A DNA stretch of 64,000 nt from Balanoglossus misakiensis (Eukaryota; Animalia; Hemichordata). The position numbers were made by a program, and so were the translations under genes. Shown one piece after another: positions 50,156 to 63,988 of this stretch. Where the stretch lies: assembly GCA_040954595.2 (NCBI GenBank), contig CM082579.2, positions 6,189,625-6,253,624 of the forward strand, given 5' to 3'. Numbering within the stretch: position 1 is the stretch's first letter; each line of letters begins with the position of its first letter. The notes under the pieces are model-generated. The model was not told the DNA's origin. It was given only the letters and a program-made list of their open reading frames with translations, and made no database searches.

Positions 50156-52232
50156 GCAGTGAGGACGTCTCAGAGTCTCAAGTGAGGTTGGTAGTACATG
50201 AAATCTTGTCGAGCTTATATAGGGTTTTGAGCAAGCTCAAAGTTTAAAATGGGTGGAGTTGACACATTTGTGTTTTATTTTTACACGTTGCTAGTCGGAG
50301 GCGGAGCCGCGGGACCAACGTTTATTTCGGCCCAGTACAGCCAATGAACGCCGAGAGCCAATGTCAATGTTATTCTTGGAACTCTCGTTCACGGCGTTGG
50401 TCTGGGTTTGTTGTGTGTTTTGGGGAGGTGTCAAATGACATATGTCTTTCGTCGACTTTTCGGATCAAGGGTTTCAACTTTGACATTTAAATACAAGTCG
50501 TGAGTTTCTGTAAGGCGAAAGTTGGCCGATTGTGAAATGAATGTTTTTCGTCTCAACCAATTCTACCTCCATGGTCTATGTCGTTAGATTTCACCGTTGC
50601 GTACTCCGCATTTTTTTTACCGGCATCCAGTTCCAAGATTTATAACTTAGACATTTTGTGCATATCTTCCGTTGGAATAAATATTTTCCCGTTGTCAGCC
50701 ACCCTGTCGGCCAAGAGATGTAGCATATTTGATGAGACTGATAACAAGCAAAATCTAGTGGACTTCCATAAACGTATGGCCGAAAATCAGAATTGTAATT
50801 CACGTCTCAGTTTGCTAAAATTTAAAAATTAAGTTAAGAAAATCAGTAAGGTGTTCGAAACAACTTTATTCATGTTAATATCAGTCACATGTGTGTTACT
50901 TTTGCCCTGGACAGTACTTGTCGGCCCCGGTGACCATCGCCCGATCCACAGAGCGTCGCTTGGGTCCTCCCGCAGAACATGTCGGGCCGTCCGCAAGTTG
51001 ATAGGAGATCGCGTATTCAACAACGCTGTGATCATTGACGATTTTCGAAAGAAAAAAAGATCTCGACTGTGCGTAAAATAGTTAAATGCTCGTAGTTTTA
51101 ATTATTGGACACGATTCATTTAGCAATGAAGGGTTTTGTACGCTCCATCATGGAGAGAGAAAAAATAAAGATTGTTGCAAGTGCTTGGTCCCCATCTGCG
51201 TTCGCAAAGTGTGGCTTTATCAGCGCCACGCCGATACACCTGGCAACCTGCAATCTATTGTTTATTGTATCGATACTGATCAACAAGCGTGTTGGCTGAT
51301 AAATCGCCGATTACGTGGGCCATTAGCGGCTATGCGTGAACGTTTGACACATGATACGATACAGGTGGAGGATTTCCTCTGCACACGTGCAAGGTTCTTT
51401 TCTCCTGTGATGAGTTTGTCAAGTCATTACAGACTGATTATCTTGGTCAAGCCATGGAGCTAGAAGGGGATCAGGCGAAAAAGCAGAGACAACAGGCCAA
51501 AATTTCGAGAACGCGATAAAATAAGAACTGGCTATGGGCATACATGTACATGTTTGTAGTCAGCTGACTTATGACGGTGTCTCTTTCTGTCGATATTTTA
51601 GGCAGGACAGAATTTCCAACGCACCAGCGTCCATGAAGTGATGGGAGAAGGTCTATTATTCTCTTTTGGCGATCATAATTTAAACAAAAAATCGATGATA
51701 CACCTCGTCTCTGCCGTGACAGAAATGTGTTGACAAGGTTGGAGACGTTGAGAATCAAGCCGCATTACCATTACGCCAAATTCCCAGGCAAGTGTGAACG
51801 GTGTTGTCCTGCCACTTCCCGGGCCTTTTTTCCTAGTCGACGGGTACGGGAGTCGCATGCCCCGAAGCACAATCCCTCAAAGGGGGACTGTGCCCGAAGA
51901 AACCAATGTGAACAGTAGGAAAATCGAGCATGTAGGAGGGAGAAACTGGATTTGAACATAGTGGTAGAATTGTTTTGTAACTATGGTCGGCGTGGTCTTA
52001 TTAGTGGCGAAACGAGAAAGTTGAGAAATTATGGCACACGGAGATTTAGAAAAATAAGAAACTATCAGATGTGTAGTTCCAGAATGTTTCTCGTTCACGT
52101 TGGGCCTGTCTCAAGCCTACGGCTGGACTAGCCCACTAGTCGCTTGATGATTTTTGTCTTTATATACTATTGATTGTTCGACGTCTTGTAATTTTTACTC
52201 GTTACTTTTGCGTATTTTTTTCTTTTGGTATG

Positions 52233-52298
52233 GAGTTGAGTGAGTTTCGGTACTGAGCTGAGTTTCGGAATTCGGGGCTGAGCTGATGGTTTCGGAAT
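52233..52298. repeat. Short degenerate tandem repeat (GAGCTGAGTTTCGG-like unit, about 3 copies) upstream of FOXRED2-like copy 2
   Basis: The units read gagtgagtttcgg, gagctgagtttcgg and gagctgatggtttcgg. Confidence 0.6.
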
Positions 52299-52564
52299 AT
52301 GCTATCCCACGATGCAATCCGATCATACCACCTGTTGATTGACAGCACCGCTGATTGACATTTGCACACGATTTTAATCATTTGCAGACGACACTTATCT
52401 TCGCGAAGTTCTATTTACAGAAAACACAACTTATGTAAATGTGACCTTTTGGGTTTGGGGATAAAAACCGGTCTCGACGGTGGCCAGATTCACTCAACGT
52501 TCGTCGCCCGAAAGCAAGAACACGTTCTCGCCGTCCTGCAATATATCGTTCTGACAGAAAAGCC

Positions 52565-55500
52565 ATGGAGAAAACTGGTAAGTCATGACTTTATAGGCAT
52601 GTAGTCCATGTATAATGTAGACTGCTTTATTTGCCAAAATCATTTCTACTTGATAACCATTTCTTCCTGCTGCATGATCATGAGCCATCACGATCTTTCA
52701 ACTTTTAGTGTTCCAAGCCCAATTGGGGAACATGTACTTTCTTTGTCGCGAACCGAATGATTTCCCCTGAAATAAACCCCGGATATCAAGTACCCCCATG
52801 TGCACGTTTTTGATTTTGACGATCACGGTTTTTTATTCATTCAGATTACGAGTACATAGTCATCGGAGCCGGTCCCGCCGGCGTCCAGATGGCCTACAGC
52901 ATGGAGAAGACGGGAAAAGATTACATCGTCCTGGAGAGGAACGACTGCGTCGGTTCCTTCTACCAGAAGTACCCGCGTCATCGCACTCTGATCTCAATCA
53001 ACAAGAAGCACAACTACTTCAAGGAGAGAGAATTCAATCTGCGACATGACTGGAATTCACTGGTCTGCGATGAAGGCGACGACGACATCTCTTTCTGCGA
53101 TTACTCAGACGAGCTGTTTCCAGACGCAGGTCTTCTGGTCGAGTAAGTCACACTTTCATTTTTCATTATGCCTTTCGTTTTGGTACATTCCCGAGAATTT
53201 TGGATGCCCTGTTTACGTAGGAGCCTACACAATTTATGTAGCGCTTGAAAATACTGATCCGACAACTTTTTATTTTTTAGCTATTTACGCGACTTTGCCA
53301 AGAAGTTCAACCTGAAGGTGCGTTTCAACACCAACATCGTCAAGGTGCACAGAGAAGCCGTCCAGGACAGGAGACACCCGTCCCGCTTCACCATCACCGA
53401 CCAGAACGGTAAAATATTCACCTGCAAAGTTCTGGTCGTCGGCACCGGTCCAGCTCTTCCCAATGTCCCGGATATTGAAGGCATCGATCTGGTGGACACC
53501 TATCAAGATCACACTCTCGACTTGAAGGAGTACGAGAACAAGAAAGTTTTGATTCTCGGTGGTGGAAATAGCGCCTTTGAGGTAAGATAATGGATCACGT
53601 ATACGACTCTTCTCTTGAGGGCACAATATGTTTAACTACTTTAACAACTACTTCATATCTTTGGAAATATGGGCAATATCTTTCTATTTTTATGACGAAT
53701 TATGTATTTGCCAATAACTCATGTTTTTTTCTTATTTTTTAATTTACAGTGCTCTGACTACTTAGCCGGCAGCGCGGCCATCATTCACATGTGCACGCGC
53801 ACGCCCGTCAAGTTGGCGTGGGACACTCACTTCGTGGGTCATCTGAGAGCCGTCAACAACAACGTCCTCGACATGTACCACCTGAAATCCCTCCACGCTC
53901 TCCGCCAGTGCGACACCAAGAAGTTCGTCAGGGAGGCCGACGGTACAATCACGCAGACCTTCGAGATGGAATTGCCCCACTGGGACCCACCAGGCACCGC
54001 TACTTTCACCAGCAAGGGCTATGACAAAGTCATTCTGGCGACAGGATGGAAGTTCATCAATATTGACATGTTTGACGAAACCTGTAAACCAGGTAAGGCA
54101 ATCCATCCAGTATACATAGTTATAGTAAAATACATTTACAGTTGTTCGATATCTTTTGGATTTCAAATATCCAACTGCCAAGATAAGTTTATTACAAGTG
54201 TTTTGTTCTAAATGTGCCTTGGTTGAAAATGGGCATCAAAGTTTGTCCGAAACTTACATTTTCCATTTCAAATTTCTGACAGAAACCCACACAGACGGCA
54301 GATATGTCGTCCTGGACGAACACTGGCAGTCAACGGTGCCGGATCTCTACTTCATCGGCACCGTGATGCAGTCCCGTGACCGTAAAGCTGCCTCCGGCTT
54401 CATCCACGGCTTCCGATACAATGTCCGCACCCTGAGCGGAATGCTTGGCGCCCGCTATGACGACGATGAGCTGCCGAAGAAGACTTTCGAATCTCTCGAA
54501 TCGGAAGAACTGTCCAAGTTCATGATTGGTAGGTTGATATCGTTGACCCTTGGTTGTGCGAATTATCCGCCATAGTTTAAAAATCGAAAGTTTTATCGGA
54601 AAATTGTGAAATGCGAAAGGAAACAGGTTGATGTGGCCACCTAGCAATTCTTGAATGACGATAACTGAATTTTACTTTTCGGTTTGTATCTTTTTAGAAC
54701 GCGTAAGCACAACGTCCGCGTTGTACCAGATGGGACAGGGTTACCTTTGTGACGTCATGGTAATCAAGCCAACAGACAAAGACGGTAAGGTTCATCCATG
54801 TGAGAAATTTGTGTAAAATTTGTTTGATAAAAACGGACAGAATCTACCCTTCCTGTGACCATCAGTGACAGTTCGACCCAGTCAGCTATCTAGGAATTCC
54901 TGTATTTCCTCCAGAAATACTAAGTCATTTTATTATTTTATTTCAAGGTGGCAAAGAGAAGATGGCGGGAACAGCGGAATACTATTATGAATTACCACGC
55001 CAATGGGTATTGAAGAATGATTACTTCATGAGTCAGGAGAACGTCTTGATCGTCACAATTGAAGACAATCACAACAGGTAAGCAAAGTCGACAATTATGG
55101 TTCTAAGTGTTTCTTTTTCAAGGAGAGTCATTGTATTCTAAACAGCATTTGTTGATTGATACATGATCACATACCACGTTTCTTCTCTTCTTTTCCCAGT
55201 TTTCCTAAAATGAGCGTGACAGAATTCTTCAAACCCGGCGACATGAACCCCCGAGACTGCAAATGCACGGCGTTCCCCCAGGGAGTGTACCGCTCGTACA
55301 AGCGGGGCGTACTCCAAGAAGAACTTCACTTGGGCGGGTCGTTGGTTGTCAGGGCAGACAAGCAGATCTTCGTCGGCGACAACAACCCAAACAGGTTCAC
55401 CAATAAAATCAAGAATTTACTCCACAGACAGGTATGTATCGTGTCAAACATTTTTTTTCAAGAATGTGAGTGTGTTCTGAAGTTGCTTTACATTTCTTCT

Positions 55501-55712
55501 TATCACCGTGCGCTTCTAACCTTGATTGTTCCGTCTTCTTGTCCAAACAGATCGGTCTTGGACGCGGCGACCACTTCGAGAGACTCTTCCCACAGGAGGA
55601 ATGGGAGAAGAATTACAGACCCTGGACTCCAGACGAGATCGAAGAGAAGCGCCTCGTGGAACTGGCAGCCAAGACGGTGAAGTCGGAATGCAGACTTGGT
55701 TTAGTGGAATGA
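52565..55712 (+). CDS. FOXRED2-like FAD/NAD(P)H-dependent oxidoreductase, copy 2
   Basis: Motifs MEKT|[67 protein letters not shown] and [11 protein letters not shown]. Exons are colinear with copy 1 plus one extra intron. It ends CRLGLVE*. Confidence 0.9.
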
Positions 55713-56931
55713 TCCGTATCCCAAGCCACATCGAGAGATAGATGTATATCACACTTTGTGTCATCACAATAAACATTACTTCTTAGGGCCAACGTGCCAG
55801 CATTCAGTTTATACTAAATACGCTTTTGAAGATTAATTTGTGAATTCCACAAAGGCAACAGAGTTGTACCGCTAGAGGAATGGGAATCTGAATCAGGAAT
55901 TTGTAGTAATGCAATTACTTACTTTTCGTATTCACGAATAAATGTTATTGAAATGATATCTTATTGTGTGCATTGTCACTCTGGGTCTTTAGATTAGTAT
56001 ATGGGCTGCTTATAGCTACCAAACGACGGAGAAGTTCCGATCTGCATGTAACTTAGTAAACATTTAGGCTACTTGCGCACCTGAACAATCTCTGTAGGCC
56101 TGGGCCTACGTATTAAGCACCTGCTAATGACTTAATCTAAGCATCGACGAATTAAGTAGATAAAGTAAACATCCATGAACCAGTACTGGCTATTTGGAAA
56201 GCTATCTGTCGAACTGTACTGGTATGTCGCCCTCACAAGCCAGTCATGCGCAGTGCAGCCAACCCAATCAGCATGATCAGCTGCAGATGCAGACAGAAGC
56301 CCGTGCAAGGAGCATGGATGCGGTTGTGATGTTGGCAGGTGTGCACTCGTAAACCGAACGGGAAATATATTGACTGATAACCGGTGAGTTTTCACATATA
56401 GGACACCTTTCTCACTGCTTCACCGTTTTCTGAAAATTATTATTATTATTTCGCATCCCGTTATTTAGTGAATCTGTCAGGACAGATTGAATATAAAGCC
56501 AAAGGCGGGCAGTGCTGAGCTCAGACTGTGACAATGTGCACTTCGCGTTCCCGTTTGGTCTTGCGGTTTTTAACTTCGTAGGTAAAAAAAATATTATGTA
56601 CAGACATTTCTTGATATGTTTATTGTGTAAATTGAATCCGGCTAATCAAATTCCCCCGAAAACCGACTGATATTGATAAAAAATGATCATAAATAAGTAC
56701 ACGTTTGCCGCCATCCATCAAAGTTGTCACAATGTCAGTGGAAAAAAAGTATTCACATGCTGCGATGCACGAAGATTTCGCATTTTCGGATGTCGAGAAC
56801 GGGGTTCACAAATGTGGAAAGGGGCCCCGTTTCGTGTTGAAAAGATGTCCCCTTTTGAATTGAATTCTATTCGCGTAATTATACGTACTAAAATAAATTT
56901 ATTATAGCCAGTGTCGATACTGGTAAACACT

Positions 56932-57009
56932 ACAGGCTCTGGAATACCACTAACCTGGGGGGCCCGATCAATAATCGGCCCCCCAGGTTAGTGGTATTCC
57001 AGAGCCTGT
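56932..57009. repeat. Near-perfect hairpin (36/37-bp arms, 5-nt loop); possible collapsed MITE
   Basis: acaggctctggaataccactaacctggggggcccgat, loop caata, then atcggccccccaggttagtggtattccagagcctgt; one extra C in the left arm. Confidence 0.85.
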
Positions 57010-57246
57010 GTTGGTAAATGAATGTGAGGATGGAAGCAAGTTGGCAAAGAAAAGAACAAAACACAACAATACAGTGTTGTGAGAAAATGGGAGAAAATAT
57101 TTTTTATTGAATCACATGTTGTCTGTCATATGTATGTATATGTATATGTGTATATGTATTTAATGTATAACAGACAGGATCTGGGATCAGAAAGTTGAAG
57201 CATGACCAGACATTTTCGATGGAACTTGACTGGTCAGCTGTCAGAG

Positions 57247-57326
57247 CACAGGGAACTCAGGCTCATAGTTGTGGTAAAATGAATAATATTATTATTATGA
57301 ATAAAAAATGGAAAAAAATATTAAAA

Positions 57327-57369
<43 letters not shown>

Positions 57370-58398
57370 TTGTAGTAGTTCTTGTTATCTATCATGTGTT
57401 AAAATCCAACATACCTATGCATGCTGTCTTCTCCCGGCCCCTAACACGTACTGTACTGGCCGACCTATATACTCTACCCTAGTAAAAAGACAAGGGATGC
57501 AACTTGTCTCATACCCAACTGATTTTCACTCGCCAAAAAACACACCAAGTCAACATCGGAATCGCTAAATTTCGACATGGGCCAACTTACAGTAGTCATA
57601 CTCGACAATCCTGATCCCTACTGTACCTCATATCGTAGATAAAGCTGGAAAATCCACAGTTTTCGCGATGTATTTTGGCATTGCTTGCAACAATCTCTTA
57701 GTGAAACCTCCAGCTCGTCCGCGTGATTCAAAATTTGTGGTCTCCGAGGTCAACGGTCATGGCGATACCATTAGTAAAATAGGGGCTAATCATCAAAACG
57801 GTGGCGTATGATTTTTTTTAAGTAAGTTTCCAAATTAAAACGTAAGTGAGCCAAGAAAACTACAGGTCAGATAAATTGTTTTCTCGTAAATTCAACATTA
57901 GAATCAAATTTGGCGTTGGAAACAAACGGCGGGTCGCCAGTTCCTGGTCTGGGGACTGGTTGAGTCACATTTTGATGACTAGCCCCTATTTTACTAATGG
58001 TATCGCCATGACCGTTGACCTCGGAGACCACAAATTTTGAATCACGCGGACGAGCTGGAGGTTTCACTAAGAGATTGTTGCAAGCAATGCCAAAATACAT
58101 CGCGAAAACTGTGGATTTTCCAGCTTTATCTACGATATGAGGTACAGTAGGGATCAGGATTGTCGAGTATGACTACTGTAAGTTGGCCCATGTCGAAATT
58201 TAGCGATTCCGATGTTGACTTGGTGTGTTTTTTGGCGAGTGAAAATCAGTTGGGTATGAGACAAGTTGCATCCCTTGTCTTTTTCTTAGGGTAGAGTATA
58301 TAGGTCGGCCAGTACAGTACGTGTTAGGGGCCGGGAGAAGACAGCATGCATAGGTATGTTGGATTTTAACACATGATAGATAACAAGAACTACTACAA

Positions 58399-58462
<64 letters not shown>

Positions 58463-58541
58463 TTTTAATATTTTTTCCATTTTTTATTCATAATGATAAT
58501 ATTATTCATTTTACCACAACTATGAGCCTGAGTTCCCTGTG
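57247..58541. mobile_element. Non-autonomous foldback DNA transposon (P/Galileo-like): TIRs of about 550-570 bp, spacer of about 170 bp, 7-bp TSD
   Basis: Arms 57247-57798 and 57970-58541 are near-identical reverse complements with ends CACAGGG...CCCTGTG. The direct repeat GTCAGAG flanks it at 57240-57246 and 58542-58548. No transposase ORF. Each arm carries an (ATT)n tract of different length. Confidence 0.88.
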
Positions 58542-61500
58542 GTCAGAGCTGATCGACTTGTAGTACCACTGCAGTAGTGAAACTCAATGCCTCCTGCAGT
58601 CTCTGCTGGAATTTCTTCCTGTGGGTTCTCACTCAGTACAGCTGTGTCCATGATTAGTAATTACCAGTCACCGTGTCTGTTCTTGGATGACATCAATGAT
58701 TCTCATACTACTACCAGTATGTTTACAGAGAAGATGTGTATTATTGTGTTCAATGATTCATCCTGGAAGACAAAGTGTGTCATAGAGCATTATTAGGAAT
58801 TGTTATAATCAGTGTAGCATTTAACACAATATCTATTTAATACTGGTATCATGATAAATATGCCTGATAAGATATAGCGAAAAGAAGATATTTATTGTCT
58901 TATATGTATTGATAATCATGTGCATGGTTCTCTGAAAAGAAAACAGTACACACAAATTTTGCTTTTGTTGGGACATGGATTTCTAGTTCAGATAGCACAA
59001 AAATTGATCAGATAGTCTGATACAGAGAGATACTGATAGACAGTGGCACTAGGGATACCATACATGAGCAATATTGATGAAGACTAGGCACTGGCATACC
59101 ATCAGTGATCACCATGTGTGTTGCGTGAAAGTGTTGATTGCCCCTGGGATTGAGTCATTGACTTTCTCCCATGCTAGAGTGGTTTCTATTTTTGGTTGTA
59201 AATTCAAAGTAATGACTTTTTGATGACGTGCAAATGTTCTGATGGCTTCACATAATGCTGCAGTGCATTTCCTTGTGATACATACACTTGTATTCACTGA
59301 CAGGCATTCTCTCCAAATTTAATGGATTAAATCATGAGAAATGGGAACAAGGCCATGTAGGGTCATGGCTTATATTTTATTATTTTACAAATTAATGTAT
59401 AGAATAAATAAAATATGTGCTGGCTAAAATCACATGAAAAAAAGGTTCTACAGACATAGTTCAGTGTGAGTTTGGATTTATCGTAGCCTGCATTTTTCAC
59501 CCACTGGTAGAGTGCTGTGTTCACCTGCTGGTGTGATGCAGAGACAAAAATGTGTACGTGAAAGATATTTAAAGCTTTTATCTTTGATCCCAGGGTAAGA
59601 TCAACTAAGGGAGATGAATTGCTCATCAGTCAACTGAATGCTTGCCAAGGACACGGACGGGGGCCATTTGCATTCAACTTTTAATGCACAGTGAGGGTTC
59701 ACGATAATCGCCATGGCAACCATAAATAATACATTTCCATTGCAACCCCAGCTGAGCGTTTGGCTGCAGTGCTGATAATCACCTCTCGATGTGTATGATT
59801 CGAACATGGTGAATTTATTCCTGATGCAGATTGGGGAATGGGTATGATGTTTACATGTATTAAGATTAGATATAATTATTTTTAATAACAACTATCCTTG
59901 TATTCAAGGTATTGTTATTGCTAATTATTATCTTGACTGCATAATTGTAATTGTTATTACCTTGTGATTATCTTGTCATTGATACCCTTTGCTACAGTAT
60001 AATATTTAAGCTATAACCCCAACAGAAGACAGGTACATTGTATACACAAGATTTTGGTACAAATTGTGACATATATATGGAATGATGTAAAGGAATTATA
60101 TGTTTGATTTTATTTTCTGCAAATAATAACTACAGTGATATTGATATACAATCATGTAGTATATGTACTGGTAATCATATTATGGAACACTGCAGGTTTA
60201 GATTCAAATAGGTAAATAAATAAATAAATAAATAAATAAACATATTAAATAGAAATATAATCTGGAGTCAAATAGGTATTTAAAATAAATAAACATATTA
60301 AACAGGAATATCAGTCGTCTCCATTTCTATACAAATACTCTCTGAGGTATTCTTGATGTACAAGAAATTGTATAGTGCCAGTGAGTAGGTTCCATCGAGG
60401 TTAAGTTTTAATAGCAGTTATTAGATAGCCATGGAATATCATGTATCCTGGGAAAGGTCGTGACCCTAGTGAAGATGATCTTAGCAGTGATATCATAGCC
60501 TGTGTTACTCCACCGAGGTAAAATGTCTCAGAGAGATAGGATGGTGAATGAGGCTAGCATGTGGTACGTAGGGTACATGTACAGCTTTTAAGAGAAGCGA
60601 TTCCTGTAAATGTTCCTTTCCAGTGCCGTTGTATGTTGTTGAAGGGGAGGAGAAATATCTGTGCACAAAAGGTGAGAAAATTGTAGAAAAATGCAAAATT
60701 TATTATTGCATGCATGTCTCTGATGTATCATTGTGTCGTATGTAATTTCACAGTAGCGTATAACCTGATAAGCCATGCGTGATAGAGAACATTTGTGGAA
60801 TCTTATCTAAGAATTCAGGCTGAGGGCGTATTTTTTATTTCGCTTTATGGGAAATTTAGGGGACAAATAGAATATACAGACGTTACCTTGTATGTTAATT
60901 GACTTTCATGTCAAGTTGATGGAACTGTAGTAGATAAACAGAATAAAAATACTGAATATATTACAAAAAAAGCTACTGGCCCTTAAAATGATTTGTTGTG
61001 AAAAGGAGATAATCAAATAGCTGGTAGTTGATTTACACATACTGTTATCTGTGAATGAAGAATTGGAAAGTACTCACTATTAGTACAAGACAGTGAGAAT
61101 TTATAATCATCTGTAAAATTGAAAGTAAATTTTGTTGAATAAATTGATGCATCAATGACCATGCTTGTGTATATATTTTGATATACATGTACTGGCATTT
61201 AGTGAACACTGCAGTTTGATATTTGCTAGTCTGTTCAACATTATTCTTTGCTGACCGGCATTGGGTAAACAGCTGACAATACAAATTAACAACCTAGCAG
61301 AGTGATAAACTCAGCTTGTTAGCGGGAGAGACAGAGAGTCTGGAGGACCGAGAAACAGTGATTAGAAATGCTTGTCACAATGCAGCACAGAGTGTCACCA
61401 TCAGGGCATTGTACTGACATGTTTATATGTACCTTGAATATGCTGTAGTATGGAGGAGATGTTGAAATAACAAGCCTATTTTGTCATTCTGGGCGTATTT

Positions 61501-63899
61501 TATACCAAAAAGATATGGATCACATGTTTGGAGAGCCGTAGTTGATATTCACACACTACTCAATGATAAAGAAAGACCCGAGGCAGATTTGGAACAAAAT
61601 CCAGTTTATCAATAATGTAAATTGAAATCACTTGTTTTGAAGTCTGAAGGGGCTGTCTCAGCTGACATATAGAAAGCCAGTGGCCATACACGTTCACCTC
61701 ATATATATTAACCCAGAAAAGCAGTGATTGCTACTTCCTATCCACTGAAAATGTCAATCTCACAACAGATTCATTACATCCAAATTTAATTTGGTTGATT
61801 CAGTTTTATCTGGTCAATAAAAGTAGACCAAAGTACTAAATTATTCCTTGATACAATGTAGTACAGGAAATTAGAATCATAAATGTTTTTTCTCGCCAAT
61901 ATCTTTTAAATATCTCGTATTATAAAAATCACAGAAAAATTCATGAGGATGTAAACTGGAAAGATGTTATTGTGATAATTTTGCCAGCACTTTGTTGTCT
62001 GATGATCTTGATCCTTAAGTGATGTTAAGGACGGCACTATCTTCAGTGCCATGCCAAGGTTATATCTTTTAAAATTGATTTTGAAGACTTGGTAGTGTAA
62101 TGAGTTTTAGAGTGAGGCGCGCTGTGAGAGTATAAAGTGCACTCCTGTTATTAGCATTCATGAAAGCAGCTTCAAGTCAAATTGAGCAGTGATTCCAGCG
62201 TGGTTTTGCACGTACATGTACCTTGTAATGTGTTATTACAGCCAGAGATGGGAGTTTTCATGCATACACGTTTGCAACCTCAATCAACTTACTCGATTGG
62301 TGATTCATTGTATGTTGGTCAGGTACTGTTGAGTCAAAATGTAGTCATTGATTGTGTGATGTAATAGTTATTCACAGTGGTGTCACTGCTGTGATTGAGT
62401 GCCAGGGTGGTTACCTGATGCAAGTATCAATTACTAGTATTTTTGTCTCTCATCTCATGCCAGCACTGGCAGTGACTATATTAATAGTAAAACCATGTCT
62501 GGTGTACTATACTAGTCCTATGATATACCATAAAAAACAAAAGAGTTGGTGAAATAGTATGTGTTAATGCTAACTGTGAGAGGTGCAATGTAGATTTCAT
62601 AGTAGTACATGTATTAGAAAAAGGATTCCCCCTCAAAGGAATTCCAACATGAAGCTGTGTTATCAACTGGGAATCTTTTAACCATTTCACCCCATATCCT
62701 CTTGGGAGGCCCAACATTATGGTTGGATGATAGATCAACGCTAAAGCTTAATATTTTTAGAAATTTGACCCATTTTTTCACATTTATGTACCGTATCATA
62801 AATATTAAAAATAAATTGGCAGTTCACTTCATATTCCCTCATATCAGAATTTTTGTATTCAATATAACCTTGAGAGATGACCTTATAATTCACCCTGTAG
62901 TATATCCAGTGGGTATACTTGATTTGTAGCATAGACTGGTATCAAATTACCTCACGAAGTAACTTCATTTCATCTAAAGGTATTATTCTGACTGATTATT
63001 TTGAACAGGCCAAAGGGAAAATTGCACGCAGTCATGATTTCTAAGCTATCATGTACGAATCTGCCCTCGCTGGCCACATTCTATGATTTCATTGCACGAT
63101 ATGCAATGGTGTGTCTGATACCTGTGTTAATCAAAAGAATCCTCGCAACCTTCGATTGAATTCACGAGTATGACTAGCCACTCGGTCATTTACATTATGA
63201 AGTCACGCGTAGCAATTAAATTTCACCGAGTCATAATTTTCTAACTGGAAAAATAAAAGAAAGATTGGTTGAGTTATTTCCATAATCTTGCGAGGAGGCA
63301 GCTGGAGTCCTTATCTGTCATTTCATTTTTTGTGCAGAATTGATACGCACTCATGGATAGTGCGTACTGTGAATAATTCATCATTTGCCCAGTGAGCGTT
63401 TTGTGTGTCTGTGCTTAGCAGTGCATTCAGTGGATTCTCATCTTAGCCGTCTAGTGTGATTGATGCCTCATTTTGCTGTACTTGCAGACAGTGTAACTGC
63501 AGTACTGTGTTGGATTCTGAGAGTAAGTGTGCTTGCCTGAAATTTCGTCTGCAGTCCCTAATCAACAATTCACATGTACATTCAAATGTCATTTTCTGAA
63601 GAAAGATTGTTTAAATGTTTACATTTTGTAGTTACTAGTATCTCAGGACTTGAATATTAAATGTGTTTTAAAACATCTGATTACAAACATTTCTGTAGAC
63701 CATGTCAGTTTTTGTATAGATTATAACTTTAAATATACAGGAAGTACAATACACAGGATAACATCAAGATGACTGTTTTCCTACAGAAAATATGTATTAA
63801 TATTATTAATATTAAACACCAGCCATATACAGTATTTCTACAAGAATTGTTGATATCCAGAATAGATTCATTCAACTAATGTCTTTTGTTTTCTTGCAG

Positions 63900-63988
63900 A
63901 TTTGCAGTTGGAGAGCTCACCGCGTCCCGCAAACTGGGTAGTAACATATCCACTGAATGGCAGTATACAGCCTACTGCTGTCAGCCAG
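63900..63988 (+). other. Possible isolated exon of a gene extending past the right edge
   Basis: A polypyrimidine acceptor (tcttttgttttcttgcag) and donor cag|gtag bracket about 89 nt of less AT-rich sequence with open frames. No recognisable motif. Confidence 0.3.

Noticed and set aside
50578-52098. Short ORFs between the two FOXRED2-like genes
   Set aside because: They show no recognisable motifs or coherent splice structure, so the region is treated as intergenic/promoter.
57195-58480. Twin poly-Ile/poly-Tyr ORFs (57195-57482, 57308-57568, 58286-58480) that look like small membrane proteins
   Set aside because: They come from the (ATT)n tracts in the two transposon arms, with no coding evidence.
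58600-63800. Scattered 60-96 aa ORFs in the AT-rich tail
   Set aside because: There is no domain signal or codon bias; the region is probably intronic or intergenic.
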